Shown here in pieces: positions 11,883 through 25,420 of a stretch of 64,000 bases of DNA (position 1 is its first letter; each line of letters begins with the position of its first letter). The notes beneath the pieces are model-generated. The model ran no database searches and was not told the origin of the DNA. It worked only from the letters and a program-made list of their open reading frames with translations. This DNA comes from Eledone cirrhosa (Eukaryota), in contig OZ024746.1 in NCBI GenBank assembly GCA_964016885.1, positions 99,696,001 through 99,760,000 of the forward strand. Direction: 5' to 3'. Position numbers and translations under genes: made by a program.

Positions 11883-13064
11883 TAAACTAATGGAATTTAA
11901 GTAGGAACAAATACCCTGTTAGCGAATGAGTATGCCAAACGATGATGGCTGTTAATAACAATCTCATTGCGGTTATTTATTGGGCGAGGTTTAGACAAAG
12001 TTATGAAATACGCTTCGGATAAACATAAATCGCAATGACCCTTATGACCTTCGTATGGAGAGGATTAGGCTAAAATATCCCAAACTAAAGAGTATTCAAT
12101 ATTAGGGAGTTTAAGTGTGTTTATATGTCTAGCTTGACACATTAAGTGTGTTTATATTCATAAGCTAGATACATATCTTCTACGTACAAATTAATCATTT
12201 GGTCTCCGAAATAATTTGTCAGTAAATGTAATTATTAAAAAATCTGATGTTGTTTTCTCTGATATTTAAGATAAGTATTTTGACTCTGCTTCTTCCATTT
12301 TTTCTTGACACCTTTTCTCCGGCTTACTTTCTTTTTTATTCGCTTTTCTCGCAACTTATATACATTGAGCACACTACCCCCTTCACTACTGGCATGTAAT
12401 CTTCATAACTAATGCCTTATCTCTCGTCTTTGATTAGTTTGCTTGCATAATTATATATATACATATATATATATATATCCAGGGGGCGCCGATCATTGAG
12501 TCGGGTAGGATCGATACAGATCGAACCTTGAGCTGATCAGTGGCGAAACGCGCGTCACCTACCAATAAATGTAATGAAGGAGTAACCAATCATCCTTGTT
12601 ATCCTTTCAATATATATATATATATATATATATATTTATTAAAATTATATATATACATATATACATACATACATATATGTGTGTGTGTGCACATGTATAT
12701 GTATTTGATTTTTTCAAACCAACAATGAGAACATTTATTTTTATCCCACCGAAATATTTCTTTTCTGACATTGGTTCAGGGTTATATATTTTAGAGACGA
12801 GTGTTGGCAATCTAATGGATGTTGTAAAAATATAGATATATGAAAGGTACTGATAAGTTCTCGTTCGTAGTTAACTTCTGGACGGTAACGATGGGGCGAT
12901 TAAGAAACAGAATTTTTTGACCGATTTTCTCCATCACTTTCCTATAAGCCAATGACAAAATACTATAGCGACATAGGCGAGTAAGATAGTTTCAATTATT
13001 ACGTGAAATATTTCGCAGTATCAGCTTGCTGGGAATTCCACATTATACATTGCTTGCCCAATAA

Positions 13065-13290
13065 TGCTTTCTAGTATAGGCACAAGGTCAGCCTTTTTTT
13101 GTTTGTGTGGGGTGGGGGAAGTCGATTAAATCGATCTCAGTACATTACTGGTACTTTATTTTATCAACCCCGCATGGATGAGAGGCAAAGTTAAACTCGG
13201 CGGGATTTGAACTCAGATCATAAGGGGTCGTAACTCTATGTTGCAAAGCATGGCGTCAGACCCTCTACCGATACTGCCAATCTACCGTTG
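13065..13290 (-). mobile_element. SINE family A
   Basis: Reverse-strand full-length copy. Confidence 0.85.
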
Positions 13291-13572
13291 CAGTCCAATA
13301 ATGATTCCTAACATTGAAACAAGGCCTTCAATTTGTGAGGAATAAGTTGATTTGGTCTAGATGCGCGATTTAAGGACTAACGCTGCTTGAAACAAATGAA
13401 CCGCACCCACACACGTACATACATGCGCACACATATAGATAAATAGAAATATCCACTACACACGCATATATACAGACATTCTTACATGCATAAGGGTGAG
13501 GATGATTATGATGATATATATATAAAAATACGAGGAAATAATAGCCCAAAATATACCTATTTCTTCTTTAAT

Positions 13573-13666
13573 GTCCCGACTGCAGTTTCGCCGAATCCGT
13601 TTGCAGCAATATATGCACTATAGAAGTGCACCATCACTGTGAGGTTGATAAGGCTTATCAAGAGAC
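13573..13666 (-). ncRNA. Type I hammerhead motif, U3-A8 variant, long stem-II insert
   Basis: Reverse complement: gtctc-TTGATAA-gcc[~60 nt]ggc-GAAA-ctgcag-TC-gggac; palindromic stem III ACTGCAGT. Confidence 0.75.
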
Positions 13667-13930
13667 CCCTCAGTGGACTGTTTCTTGACGCGTTCGTAAT
13701 AAGTGAGAAATTCTCGAGAGGCGGAGGGAGAAATTAACACGTAATACAGTGGTCACAGAAGGGTAGTAATGGTGACAATAAGCGAGTACCGTATTTGCTA
13801 GAAAAAGCTGTTAGAACACGCCTGGTTAACTCGACCATAGGGGAGTTTGGGATATATATAGTTGCCATTTCAATTTTTCAATACTGTTTGTTATGCTAAC
13901 CGCATTTTCTATCAGTATTACTGTGCTAAT

Positions 13931-14117
13931 GGCAGTGGATTGGCAGTATTGGTAAAGGTTCGGACGCCATGCTTTGACGGATAGAGTTACGGCCCTTGCC
14001 ATTCTGAGTTCAAATCCCGCCGAGGTTAACTTTGCCTTTCATCCTTACGGGGTCGATAAAATAAAGTACCAGTAATACACTGGGTAATTGCTGGCCTTGT
14101 GCCTAACGTAGAAACAA
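13931..14117 (+). mobile_element. SINE family A with ~18-bp target-site duplication
   Basis: Flanked on both sides by AGTATTACTGTGCTAATG. Confidence 0.9.
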
Positions 14118-15179
14118 GTATTACTGTGCTAATGAAGTCAATACTTTAAATCTAAACAAACATATTAAGGAATAGTTCAGGTACACATAGCTGATTTGTT
14201 AGGGTACATACAATACAACCAAAGGCAAGGTTGTATCCTACATCGGACATAATATTATGTTGTTCATGCTTCGGTAGTCGATGAAGAGCAGGACTTTTAG
14301 CTATTTAATTAATAAGGTTTTATGTATTTATGTCTGTATATGGTTGGTCAATCCGATGTTGACATGAAAGCTATGATCACATAATGTATATGTCTGTGTG
14401 GAACTTTATTTGAAGTGCTGATTGGCCGGGATTTTTGACCTCACACCTTGTTTCCACTGCCGGAATGTGTATCTCTTGAGAGGTTCACCATAGGGGTGGA
14501 GGGGGCTGTTATGAGCAAAGTTTGCCGGATTTTCTATTAGTGTTGATAGTTCTCCATGTAATTTTCAGTCTTCTTATGTAATGCTGATTCTGACTACTCT
14601 CTTTTTTCTTACTTGTAGCAAGTATGTCATAGAGGAGTTTATTGTGTAACATATTGTTTATGCTGACACCAGGGTCTGTCCAGTAAATCTGGGTCTTTTC
14701 CATCAGGATTTGTATTGCAAAATGTTTGGCTCGTTAGAACATTTCAGTATCTGTAGCCTTGTTTTGCTACTAAACGTGTAACAATTTTCGAAGATACGCT
14801 ATTAAAATAATTCTTCTGTTTGAAGTGTTTGCTGCAAACGGTCTATGTCTCACAAGCAAAGAGGAGTACCGAGAGTAGAAGTGCTTGCTAGATGTCCGGC
14901 TTACTCTGGCTCTCCTGGAATTGATCTCACCATTGTAGACATGTCATGGGAGAAGGCTACCTGCGAAAGTGGAGGAATGTATCTTTGAACGCTATTTTTG
15001 GTTCGTTACACTCGTTATCTGATGTTGATAGTGAGACCAAAGTTGTTACAGGTTGCAGAATTTGTGTAAATGTTTTGTTGCCTATCATTAACAGTGTTGG
15101 CCTTCAGTGCACAATCATCGTCAAAAGTAACGAATATTGTTCATTTGGATTTAATAGCTTTTTTCTGGCGTCTATTTTG

Positions 15180-15600
15180 TAATGACCTCCTGGAGGATAA
15201 TTATCCGTGAAGGCGTCTATGATCATTGCCGAGAAGATCAAACTGAACAGTGCCGGTGCCAGTAGACACGCCTAATATTTCTAAGTCATCCTATGCTTCA
15301 TCTCCCCCCCCCCCAGAACGTCAGCCATTATGCCGTCATGATATTGTGTGACAATGTCGCTAAATTTCTATGAACAACCAAACTTATGTAATCTTCTAGC
15401 GGCCTTCATAACTTTCAGCATCGAATACCTTCGTTGGATCAACAAACGTGGTGTATACTTCTCAGTTTTGTTTTTGTAGGGTTTTCTCTGCAGTGATCCC
15501 GCAGTAAATATCATAAGTACAGTGCCACGTCCTACACGGAAACCGCGTTGACTTTCTGGCATCAGATCATTCTCGATGTACATCAGGGAGAACCCACGGT
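15180..15600 (-). mobile_element. RTE-clade LINE RT fragment
   Basis: MPESQRGFRVGRGTVLMIF and LAPALFSLIFSAMIIDAF motifs, frameshifted. Confidence 0.75.
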
Positions 15601-16162
15601 ATTTGTCACAAGACTGTCTCATCTCTTTGAGTTTAAATAAGTGGGATATTGAAATATCTTTAAGTTCCTGTGAAAGTTTGCTTTATGTCCTCTATACCTT
15701 TATATCACGTGAGAGTTTGCTTCGAGTCCTCCATACATGTAGACTTCCACTGGTATAGTATCTGATTATTTTTTTTTATACAAAGCATTAAAGAATATGT
15801 CAGATACACATGGCTCAATTTCTAGGACACAAGACGACTAGCAAAAGATTGTATGCTATCGCAGGCTCACTTTTGTGTCTATGACTAAAGCACTTAACCC
15901 TTAATGGTTTAGTCCACTTAGTAGCGAAATGAATAATCCAGATTGGTAAAATCCATCCTAATAAAATCTCAAGTTACTGTAATAATAATAATAATATTTA
16001 TACTTGTATATACACTATATATAATTATAAACAGGAAAGGTCATTAATTCCTTACCACCATATTACCAGTAAGAAAAATAGCTCAATGTAAATACATCAG
16101 ATGTTTTACAGAGCCGGAATATAAATTACAGAATAATCAAAACTATGTTCAAAACATTTTAT

Positions 16163-16209
16163 TGCTGACAATCGTTTCTTCCAAACTTTCGTTTGGGATC
16201 ATCGGAGCA
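16163..16209 (-). ncRNA. Decayed minimal hammerhead (U4C) at the end of a PLE-like tract
   Basis: Reverse complement: tgct-CCGATGA-tcccaaac-gaaa-gtttggaa-GAAA-cgattg-TC-agca. Confidence 0.65.
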
Positions 16210-17712
16210 CTGGCAAAGTTCAGACATAATTAACCTCCTATTCCACAGAACAATCGTAAAGATACATTGATGTTAGTGTTGTCATTAACAGTGTCATATT
16301 TAAAGAGTGAAGATGATGTGGTCAGTATCAGTGGATGTGACAAAGATTATAAAAGAATAATACAACAATTATAGAGGAATTAAAAAAGAAAGTTACTCGC
16401 AAAACGAGGACATTAGCAGTCCATATGCAAGCGTATAGAAAGAGTGCAGATGTGTTAGGCATGTACAGAATAACCAGGTAAGAAACAAGCAATGGTACTA
16501 AGCATATATATCACAGTATGGTAAAGGTATCACATAATACAATACAGGTATAAAAGCATATTAAGCAGACAGAGATGCTTGTGTATGAAAAGCAGTTTCT
16601 ATGAAGTTTATGGTGTATGTAGTGTGATAATTGTTCCGGTAATGTTCAAATGTGCATGTGTTGTGAGTATTAATATTAAGGTTTTCCTTTCCATTACATT
16701 GGTTAAATTTTAGTAAATGTTTATCAGTAGCTGCAACTATGGATTGTATATTGGTCCTATTACAATCTTATCACGGGTTCGAGTTATTCTAGAGTGATCT
16801 GTCTAACGGTTTAATTTCAGGAAGTTACTGTAATTTTGATTTCTAATATTGGTGCAAGACTACAAGGGAGCAATGGATTATATCGATCCCAGTACTTGAC
16901 TGATAGTTTATTTAACTGACCCGAGAGCATGATAAACAAAATTGAGTTTAGTGGAATTTGAACTGCGAACGTAAAATGCCGTAAGTAAGAATTTCAAATC
17001 ATTTTGTCTAGTGCTCTTATAATTTTATCAATCCAGTATTGATGTACTTCGTTGACTTGCATTGCTGAAAACCACCCATTCCTTTGAGAGTTATATCTCA
17101 GTAGTGTAGTTTTTATTCCCTAATAAAATATTGCAGTAGCCTTCGTTGCAGGCAATTATACATTGAAGATTGAAGAGCTTCTATTCTATTTTGTGCAATA
17201 GCCTGTGGCGCTAATGTCAGCACAAATCCATTTCTGAAAGCAATATGCTGCCCGTCACCATTATAAAGATATATTGTTCACACTGTATAATACGGATCGG
17301 AATACAAGAGTTCTTAATATCCTTTGAATGATTTTTAAACCTGATAATATATTTATATCTCCAGGCAATAGGCAAATTACTTATAATATAAAAGCTACTT
17401 CAGACTCACTACTCTATATACTCTGCTGTAAGTTCTATACATGCATCTCACAAATTTATATATAACATTCATAACGAAAGAATTTGCGTCAGTCTTTATA
17501 GCGACGCCAACTGTCAACATAACTTTAAAAAATAGTTTTGAAAAGCTGAACATCATCAAATTATACGAACTAAAGAAACAAAACTCAATATACGAGTAAA
17601 GAGATGTATGCGTTTTATGACTGTCAACATATATTCTGACTTAATGGCCTTGTGCTTGGTGCTCAAACGTGCGAGGTTCTAGGCCCCTCAACTACTGGTG
17701 GAACTTCACAAG

Positions 17713-17751
<39 letters not shown>

Positions 17752-18356
17752 CAAGTATTGCACCAAGAAAGATATAAACATCGGCGAGAAAGGAGATTAG
17801 GAATTTATTTGCTGTGTCAATTATAATAGTCTACATATGCTGACTACAATATATATTGTTCAATCATATGCAATACTTAATTATTTATCACACTTCATCA
17901 GAAAGCTTATAATTGTAGAAGTGACTATTCACTACGCGGTAGAATTCAGGAATGGGATTTTCGTTTAAGAAAATATAAATAAGTCAAAATGACAATAAAA
18001 ATAGAATAAAATACAGTCAGTTAGTGTGACAGTAGAGGCGAGAAGGGGTGGGGTAAAGAGTTTCACATTATCAATCTATGTGCTGTGATGTGGAACAATT
18101 ATTTGTTTAGCATTGGTATCGGTGAAGGTTTTGGTGTTTGCCATATATGGTCGAGATGGTAGAGGAGGTATAAAGAGGACAGAAATTGAGAGGGTAGGAA
18201 TTAAGAGTAGGGTAGAGTGGGTAGGGAGGAAAAGGAGTTAAGAAACTAACATTGTTTTGACCTTTACTGAATCATTTGGGTGGCTGTGAAAATTGCCAAT
18301 GCCATATGAAATGTACTAAATAGGATGTAGTAAAACCTAGGTATTAGGGATCAAAT

Positions 18357-18900
<544 letters not shown>

Positions 18901-19976
18901 TAAAAGTGATTGTCACAAGGATTGGTCAAAAGTTTGTTGTTGAGACACATAATTCTATCATGGCAATTTGTGGAAGGAAGGGGTAGCTGAACCTGCCAGT
19001 AGAAGAAAGAGGGAGAGGGGTGGAGGAAACCCAGTCGTGCGTTGATAGTGCCAACTACAGCAGGGCAGGAGGTCAAGCAAGTATACTAGGGAGGGAGAGG
19101 GGGAGGATGTCGAAACAATAAGTAAAACAATATGGGGTAAATATATAGAAGAATACTGAGAATGTTAAAAGTATTTTAAAAAAAACAATTTCTGGTTACT
19201 ATTCCCTAACGACAGTCATCAAGTCTCTCACTGGTACTGCTAAACTATAGAAAAGTTTACTAGGTGGGACGGAATTATAATGAGACCATTTTAAGAGTTA
19301 GTAAGTAGTAATCAACCGAGTATATCTTACGGTGACAGATCAACAAGTGGAGGGCCAAAATACTAAAGAATCTACCACGAAACTACCACGAGACTAATAC
19401 GAAATAATTGTTTCTACCCTAGGCACAAGGCCAGCAACCACCCAGTGCAAAAAATAAACTAATACGAAATAATAATTCAGAATCCCGAAAATGAATACTA
19501 ATACTATTTCTAAGGGTGCCGCTACGATACAAAAATTCTAGTGCAAACTACATAAATGCTCGTACGAAGTATATGAAAAAATTTGATACGGAAAATTAAT
19601 TCAGAATCCCCCCCCCCCCCCCCCCAAAAAAAAATACTGGTAAACGAGAAATTAAAGCAAAGATACCACTAAGAAATGTAGAAAGCACGGAAATGGGGCA
19701 GCCATCGGATAAGAAAGCAAGTATCCGGGGTCTATCACATCTGCTATAAAAAGCGGAGTCGGCCAATTCTATCATAGAATAGGGGATGGGGGTGGGGGTC
19801 CTGAGGCTACAAAGGACCGAGGGGCTGCCTCGGGTGGGCGAGAAAGTAAAAAGGACGACGGCAAAGAAGGATGGGGGGAGGAAGGAAATATAGAGGAAAC
19901 GATAAAAAGATATAAAAGATCTTACATCTACCTTTGCAAGCAGGGGTTACCCATTACAAAGTCGGCAAGTGGGGTG

Positions 19977-21370
19977 TTACAGCCCTTGTCTACCCCCCCC
20001 CCCCGGGTCATTATGGGGTTTGAGGGCGAGATAAGTCCTACGCAATCTGTGTGTGCATGCAGTTACCAGTTCGTCTTTCTTGTTTAGGAGTTGGTCCGTT
20101 GAAAACAGCATTTGTAAAGTTTCCTCCGAGCATAAATTGCACGGACGGCGTCCTCCCGTGTAAGAGTTGGCTCTGGACAGTAAGCTCCAAGTGAGATCAT
20201 AGGTAATATTGTTATCCTTGAGGTCCCAGATGTGGCCCGAAAGTGTGGTGGCGTGACGCCGGGCCGGGTTTCGGAAGGTATGTCTGTGTTGGTATAGCCG
20301 GGTCTTGAAGTCACATGCGGTTAATCCTATATAAGCTTTGTTGGAGGTGTCCGTCCTCACGTTGCACTGGTAGATCACATTACGATCTCTGCATCTGTTG
20401 TCGAGGGGACAAATGGATCCATCAGGACAGTTGCACCTCCTGGTCGGCTCTCCACTGCTATTTAGCTTATTTCTTCCATAGGGGTTGAGTTTTTTGTTGT
20501 TAGAGGAGACGATGTTTTGTGCAAAGTTTGGTGTGGTGCTGTAGGAGAGTTTGATGGTATTTTTGTTAATTATGTTGTGGTAGCGGTGTTGTAGTGGGAA
20601 GTGTTTTTCAATGAGCCTAAAGAAGATTTTCTCGATAGGAGTTGTCACCTCGGCGTTGTGGGGAGAATTGAACCATGTTACATTGCGTGAGCGGCGGTGT
20701 CGCCTGCTGGTTCCGCTAATGGAAGCTGGACAGTAGGATATTTCCTCCCGGAAACCACTCCGCTTGAGGGCCTGGTTGTAATAAGGCGCATGTTCCTCGA
20801 ATATCTGCTCATTAGCGGACAAACGAGATATGCGGAGGGAGATGTTTTTAACCAGGTTATTGGTGATGTTCCTAGGATGGTTTGACCGGCGGTGGATGTA
20901 GTGCAGGTTGTCGTTGGGTTTCCTGTATGGGTAGTACAGATCATTATCGAGGTCAAGAGTAACGTCCAGGAAGTTTACTCGGGTCAGGGACGTTTGTAGG
21001 GTTATTTTAAATCCCCAGTCGCGGAAGAAGCTGATTAATTGTTTACGGACCCTGTCTGTACTACTGGGGTTGTACCCTTTAAGGGTAAGGAGCCCATCAT
21101 CAAGGTACAATCCACCGCCGAATGCAGGAAACATATCGGTGAGTTTAACTCGTAGGAATAATCCTATAAGATCTGTGACCTCAGCCGAATCCGTCGCCCC
21201 CATGCTGACGTCGAAGGGTGAGTCGGGAGCTCTCTTTATCCATTTGGAGTTGTCGAAGAGTAGGACTGTCTTCCTGGCGTAGAGGATGATGTTTCTTTCC
21301 TGGTCGGTGATGGGCGCAAGTGTTTCGGCAAAGTCCAAGGCAGCCGTAAGTAGCGGTAAGGTAATTGAAG
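19977..21370 (-). mobile_element. Penelope-like retroelement ORF (5'-truncated RT plus GIY-YIG endonuclease), uninterrupted ~460 codons
   Basis: FDVSMGATDSAEVTDLIGL, LYLDDGL (YxDD), NFLDVTL, YRKPND..YIH..SNHP, Cys-rich CNC..CPL..C linker, and NVIYQC...KAYIGLT..FKTRLYQH (GIY-YIG). The first ~6 codons of the listed ORF come from the flanking Helitron-like repeat. Confidence 0.93.
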
Positions 21371-22434
21371 CATATTTATGTTTAATCAACAGCTACGAAA
21401 CTTAGTAGAAAAATTATGTAATATCCATTCATTATTTATTTGAAGTAAACCAACTTATTTTACCAACCGTATAAAAGAATATATTCTGGACACAGTCCCG
21501 CACTCCTCTCCTTATTATATTATAGATGCTCTAGAAACATTGTATGTCAATACGGTGCCCAACAACTCCCTCAGGAGTTATGGGAACATGCATATGTATT
21601 ATCCATTTTCGGTGAAGTAAGAGCGACTTAAAACATTATTAATGAAAAAACAAAAAGATAACGAAGGAAAAGACGTGGGAAGAATAAAGAGAACATCGTA
21701 TGAGTTCTATAGTTTTTAATTTTATTGTCTAGCATTCCTAACCTTCAAAATTCTTAGGCAATTAAACTCGAATCACCTCACCCACTCAACAATGGTTTAG
21801 GGACTTAAGTTTGCAAGATGCATTACATTTGTATCAAAGCTCTATCAATTATTTAGTTAAACAGTGTATTGCCAGAATAATTGTTATATTTTTTCTATTA
21901 TTTTAACAATGTGTCTGAAATGGAAATTAGAAAATCTAATTAAACCATTGCTTTATTAAACAGATGTATCGGAGTTTAATGGAAAACTAGGCACGTGATG
22001 CACTAGTAAAAAACCCTCTTGGATAATTGATCTAAATATTACTAAAATAACATTGAGTGTTTACGTGTGTGTGTCTGTGTTTTGTGTGTGTGTGTGGGGG
22101 GGGGGTGTATGTATGTATGTATGTGTGTGTGTCTATGCGCGCGTGTTTGTATGTATGGGTGTGTTTGTGTGTTTGTATGTGTATGTATGCTTGTGTATGT
22201 TTGTGTGTATTTGTATTTGCGCATGTCTGTTTGTGTGTATGTGTGTTTGTGTGTATGTGTGTGTATGCTTGTGTATGTTTGTGTGTATTTGTATTTGTGC
22301 ATGCCTATGTTTATGTATGAGGCGCGGGAGGAAGGGAAATTACATGATTTACTATGTGAAACTCTTTTCCTGAGTGTGATTTGAGAGGAAGTTCTATATA
22401 TGGTAGACATGTTTTTCATTGATAATTTCTATCA

Positions 22435-22618
22435 TATAGCAGAATCGGTAGAGGGTCTGACGCCATGCTTTGCAGCATAGAGTTACGGCCCTTTATGAGA
22501 TGAGTTCAAATCCCGCCGAGGTTAACTTTTCCTTTCATCCTTACAGGGTCGATAAAATAAAGTACCAGTAATGAACTGAGATAATTGCTGGCCTTGTGCC
22601 AAAAGTAGAAACAATTAT
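22435..22618 (+). mobile_element. SINE family A
   Basis: B box, central block and tail present. Confidence 0.85.
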
Positions 22619-22647
22619 TATAAGAAATGTATATATGTAAGTGACTG

Positions 22648-22840
22648 CCCGAGCTGGAATGGCAGCTCTACTAGCGAGTTTCCCTCACCATCCTCCGCGG
22701 AAACGATTTGTCTATTCCGTTCACCGGGGTCGCGGCGCGGCCAGCACGTAGGCCCCTATTTGCTCATAACAGTGAGAGATGGGGAGAGCGGGATAGACGG
22801 GGGCAGTGACAGTGGGAGTTTGGTTCCTTTGTGTTCGAAC
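22648..22840 (+). mobile_element. CRE-like 3' fragment (diverged)
   Basis: Homologous to 6198-6410. Confidence 0.7.
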
Positions 22841-22934
22841 TAGGTATATATGCATATGTTTCACAGACACACAGCTGCTAATACTACAACTACTTAAACG
22901 TTCTAAGACATTCTATTGTACACATATGTTGCAG

Positions 22935-23939
22935 CTGTGGTCGCCAACCTTTCCGACCTCACGGACCACAACATTCATAATCTTAAATCCCGCAGACCAC
23001 TAATATGAATTTTTATAAAAAGATAAATACATTTGTAAAATACTGATCAGAGAACTTCTATTTTATTAAACAATACTGAAGTGTACCTGTGTCATATTGT
23101 CGATAGATGATACATATGTGTAAAATACTGATCAGAGAACTTCTATTTTATTAAACAATACTGAAGTGTACCTGTGTCATATTGTCGATAGATGATACAT
23201 ATGTGTAAAATACTGATCAGAGAACTTCTATTTTATTAAACAATACTGAAGTGTACCTGTGTCATATTGTCGATAGATGATATATATGTGTAAAATACTG
23301 ATCAGAGAACTTCCATTTTATTAAACAATACTGAAGTGTACCTGTGTCATATTGTCGATAGATGATATATATGTGTAAAATACTGATCAGAGAACTTCCA
23401 TTTTATTAAACAATACTGAAGTGTACCTGTGTCATATTGTCGATAGATGATATATATGTGTAAAATACTGATCAGAGAACTTCTATTTTATTAAACAATA
23501 CTGAAGTGTACCTGTGTCATATTGTCGATAGATGATACATATGTGTAAAATAATTGTTTCTACTTTTGGCACAAGGCCAGCAATTTCCCAGAGCATTACT
23601 GGTACTTTAGTTTAGCGACCCCGTAAGGATGAAAGGCAAAGTTAACCTCGACAGGATTTGAACTCAGATCGTAAAGGGACGTTGTGTAAAATAATGATCA
23701 GAGAACTTCCATTTTATTAAACAATATGTCATATTGTCGATAGATGATATACATGTGTAAAATTCTTTTATGGATATTAGTTCTTTACTGAGGAGAAACT
23801 TTTTTTAGGGGGGTTGGAAAATATATTTTAACCGAATATTATTTTTGTTTTATTGTTGATAAAACATAAAAATGCAAATAATTTCTACATTTTTCTGCGG
23901 ACCACCAGTGTTCCGCGAACCACTGGTTGGCGACCGTTG
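22935..23939. mobile_element. hAT-type MITE carrying an 85-bp minisatellite and a SINE insertion
   Basis: Terminal inverted repeats CTGTGGTCGCCAACC / GGTTGGCGACCGTTG; GGACCAC subterminal motifs. Confidence 0.7.
23035..23550. repeat. 85-bp minisatellite, 6 near-identical copies plus a partial copy after the SINE at 23552-23682
   Basis: Unit GTAAAATACTGATCAGAGAAC...GATACATATGT starts at 23035, 23120, 23205, 23290, 23375 and 23460. Confidence 0.95.
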
Positions 23940-24265
23940 GCCGCTCTCCGACAAGTTTGCCGTTGTGCCCTTGGCAGTGGAGACTTCTGGTGTCCTTGGC
24001 CCTAGGGCTACCTCCCTACTCACCACCATAGGCGCTGAACTGGCCAGCCGCAGGTGTGAGCCTCGCGAGATAGAATGACTCTTCCAGCACATCTCCCTTA
24101 CCATCCTCTGGGGAAACGCCTTCTCCATTCTGTCCGCCGGGGCTGTGGGGAGGCCAGCACGTGGGACCCCATTTGCTCACAATACAGAGAGATGAGGAAG
24201 GTGAGAGAGATGGGGGCGATGACAGTGGGAGTTCGGTTCTTCAGTGTTCGGACACATTGCACCTG
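23940..24265 (+). mobile_element. CRE-like RLE retrotransposon 3' end (subfamily 1)
   Basis: PLSDKFAVVPLAVETSGVLGPRATSLLTTIGAELASRRCEPREIE*LFQHISLTILWGNAFSILSAG plus 3' UTR. Confidence 0.85.
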
Positions 24266-24559
24266 ACGTTCATTGCTGTGCTGGTTCCTGTGTATTGTTG
24301 GACAAAGGTTGGGTGAAATGAGAATCAAGCTATAGTTGAATCAACTTCTATTTCTATTTTCTGGCTTATTGTACAGTCACTTATATACACATATGTTATA
24401 TCACTGGAAGAAATGTTATAAACATACATTCGTAAAAACAAAGCCAATCTTGAGCTTTACAGTCATCAACTGAATTCTTTCTCGCCTTCACACATTGTGA
24501 AAGTTATCTATATTACTTCACCTTTAACACTATAAAATACGTCAGCAGTGCTGGTATAG

Positions 24560-24755
24560 TCACTGCCCCCTCCGTCTCTCTCACTCTGCCCACCTCTCAC
24601 AATTATAAGCAAGTGGGAGCCCACGTGCTGGCTACCCCGTGGCGCCGGCGGACAGAATAGAGAAGGCGTTTCCAAGGAGGATAGTGAAGGAGCCATTGCA
24701 GCTCGCGAGGCCCACACCTGCGGGTAACCAACTCCGTGCCGATGGTGGTGAGTAG
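24560..24755 (-). mobile_element. CRE-like 3' fragment with internal deletions
   Basis: Reverse homology to 24020-24230. Confidence 0.7.
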
Positions 24756-24934
24756 TAAAATGGTCCTAATATCGGTCTCATTGAAATGTTCTGATGTCTT
24801 ACATTTTATTTACTTCTGCTAAATTATGATATAGTATGTCACTGTTAAATTCGTTCAATCTTTCTGCAGATTATTTTTCTTCTGTTTAAAGATAATTTCT
24901 TTTTGATGAGTGCTATAAAAGATGTTTATTACTG

Positions 24935-25135
24935 TACGAGGTTCGGCTAAAAAGTTCATAAGCTTACTGTGAAGGAGTGATGCTAGAGCTGTGAAATCTT
25001 GCATGCATTAATTTCAACTAATTTAATTAGTAACTGCATTGTTTCTTTCCAGGAACTATGTTGAAAAATGGACCTCATTTAGTCATTCCATCAGAGTATC
25101 TTGATCAGTCTATAAACTTTTCAGCTGACCCTCAT
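24935..25135. mobile_element. Mariner-type MITE, ~200 bp
   Basis: TIRs TACGAGGTTCGGCTAAAAAGTT / AACTTTTCAGCTGACCCTCATA with TA ends; a second copy at 26852-27160 is interrupted by a SINE. Confidence 0.8.
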
Positions 25136-25147
25136 ATATATATATAT

Positions 25148-25330
25148 TGGATTGGCAGTATCGGTAGAGGGTCGGACGCCATGCTTTCCAGCATAGTTAC
25201 GTCCCTTTACGATCTGAGTTCAAATCCCGCCGAGGTTGACTTTGCCTTTCATCTTTACGGGGTCGATAAAGTAAAGTACCAGTAATGCACTGGGTAATTG
25301 CTGGCCTTGTGCCTAACGTAGAAGCAATTA
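25148..25330 (+). mobile_element. SINE family A
   Basis: Full-length copy. Confidence 0.85.
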
Positions 25331-25420
25331 TAAATATATATCTTTCCGTTTTGTTTTGTATTTGTTCTGCTTCGGTACACACACACACACACACACACAC
25401 ACATACGCACACACACATAT

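Noticed and set aside
12480-12560. Hammerhead candidate (GAAA-cgcgcg-TC); similar weak cases near 5233, 26397, 37655, 43693, 44020 and 61590
   Set aside because: CTGANGA or GAAA is missing or the stems do not pair; at most relics, so not counted.
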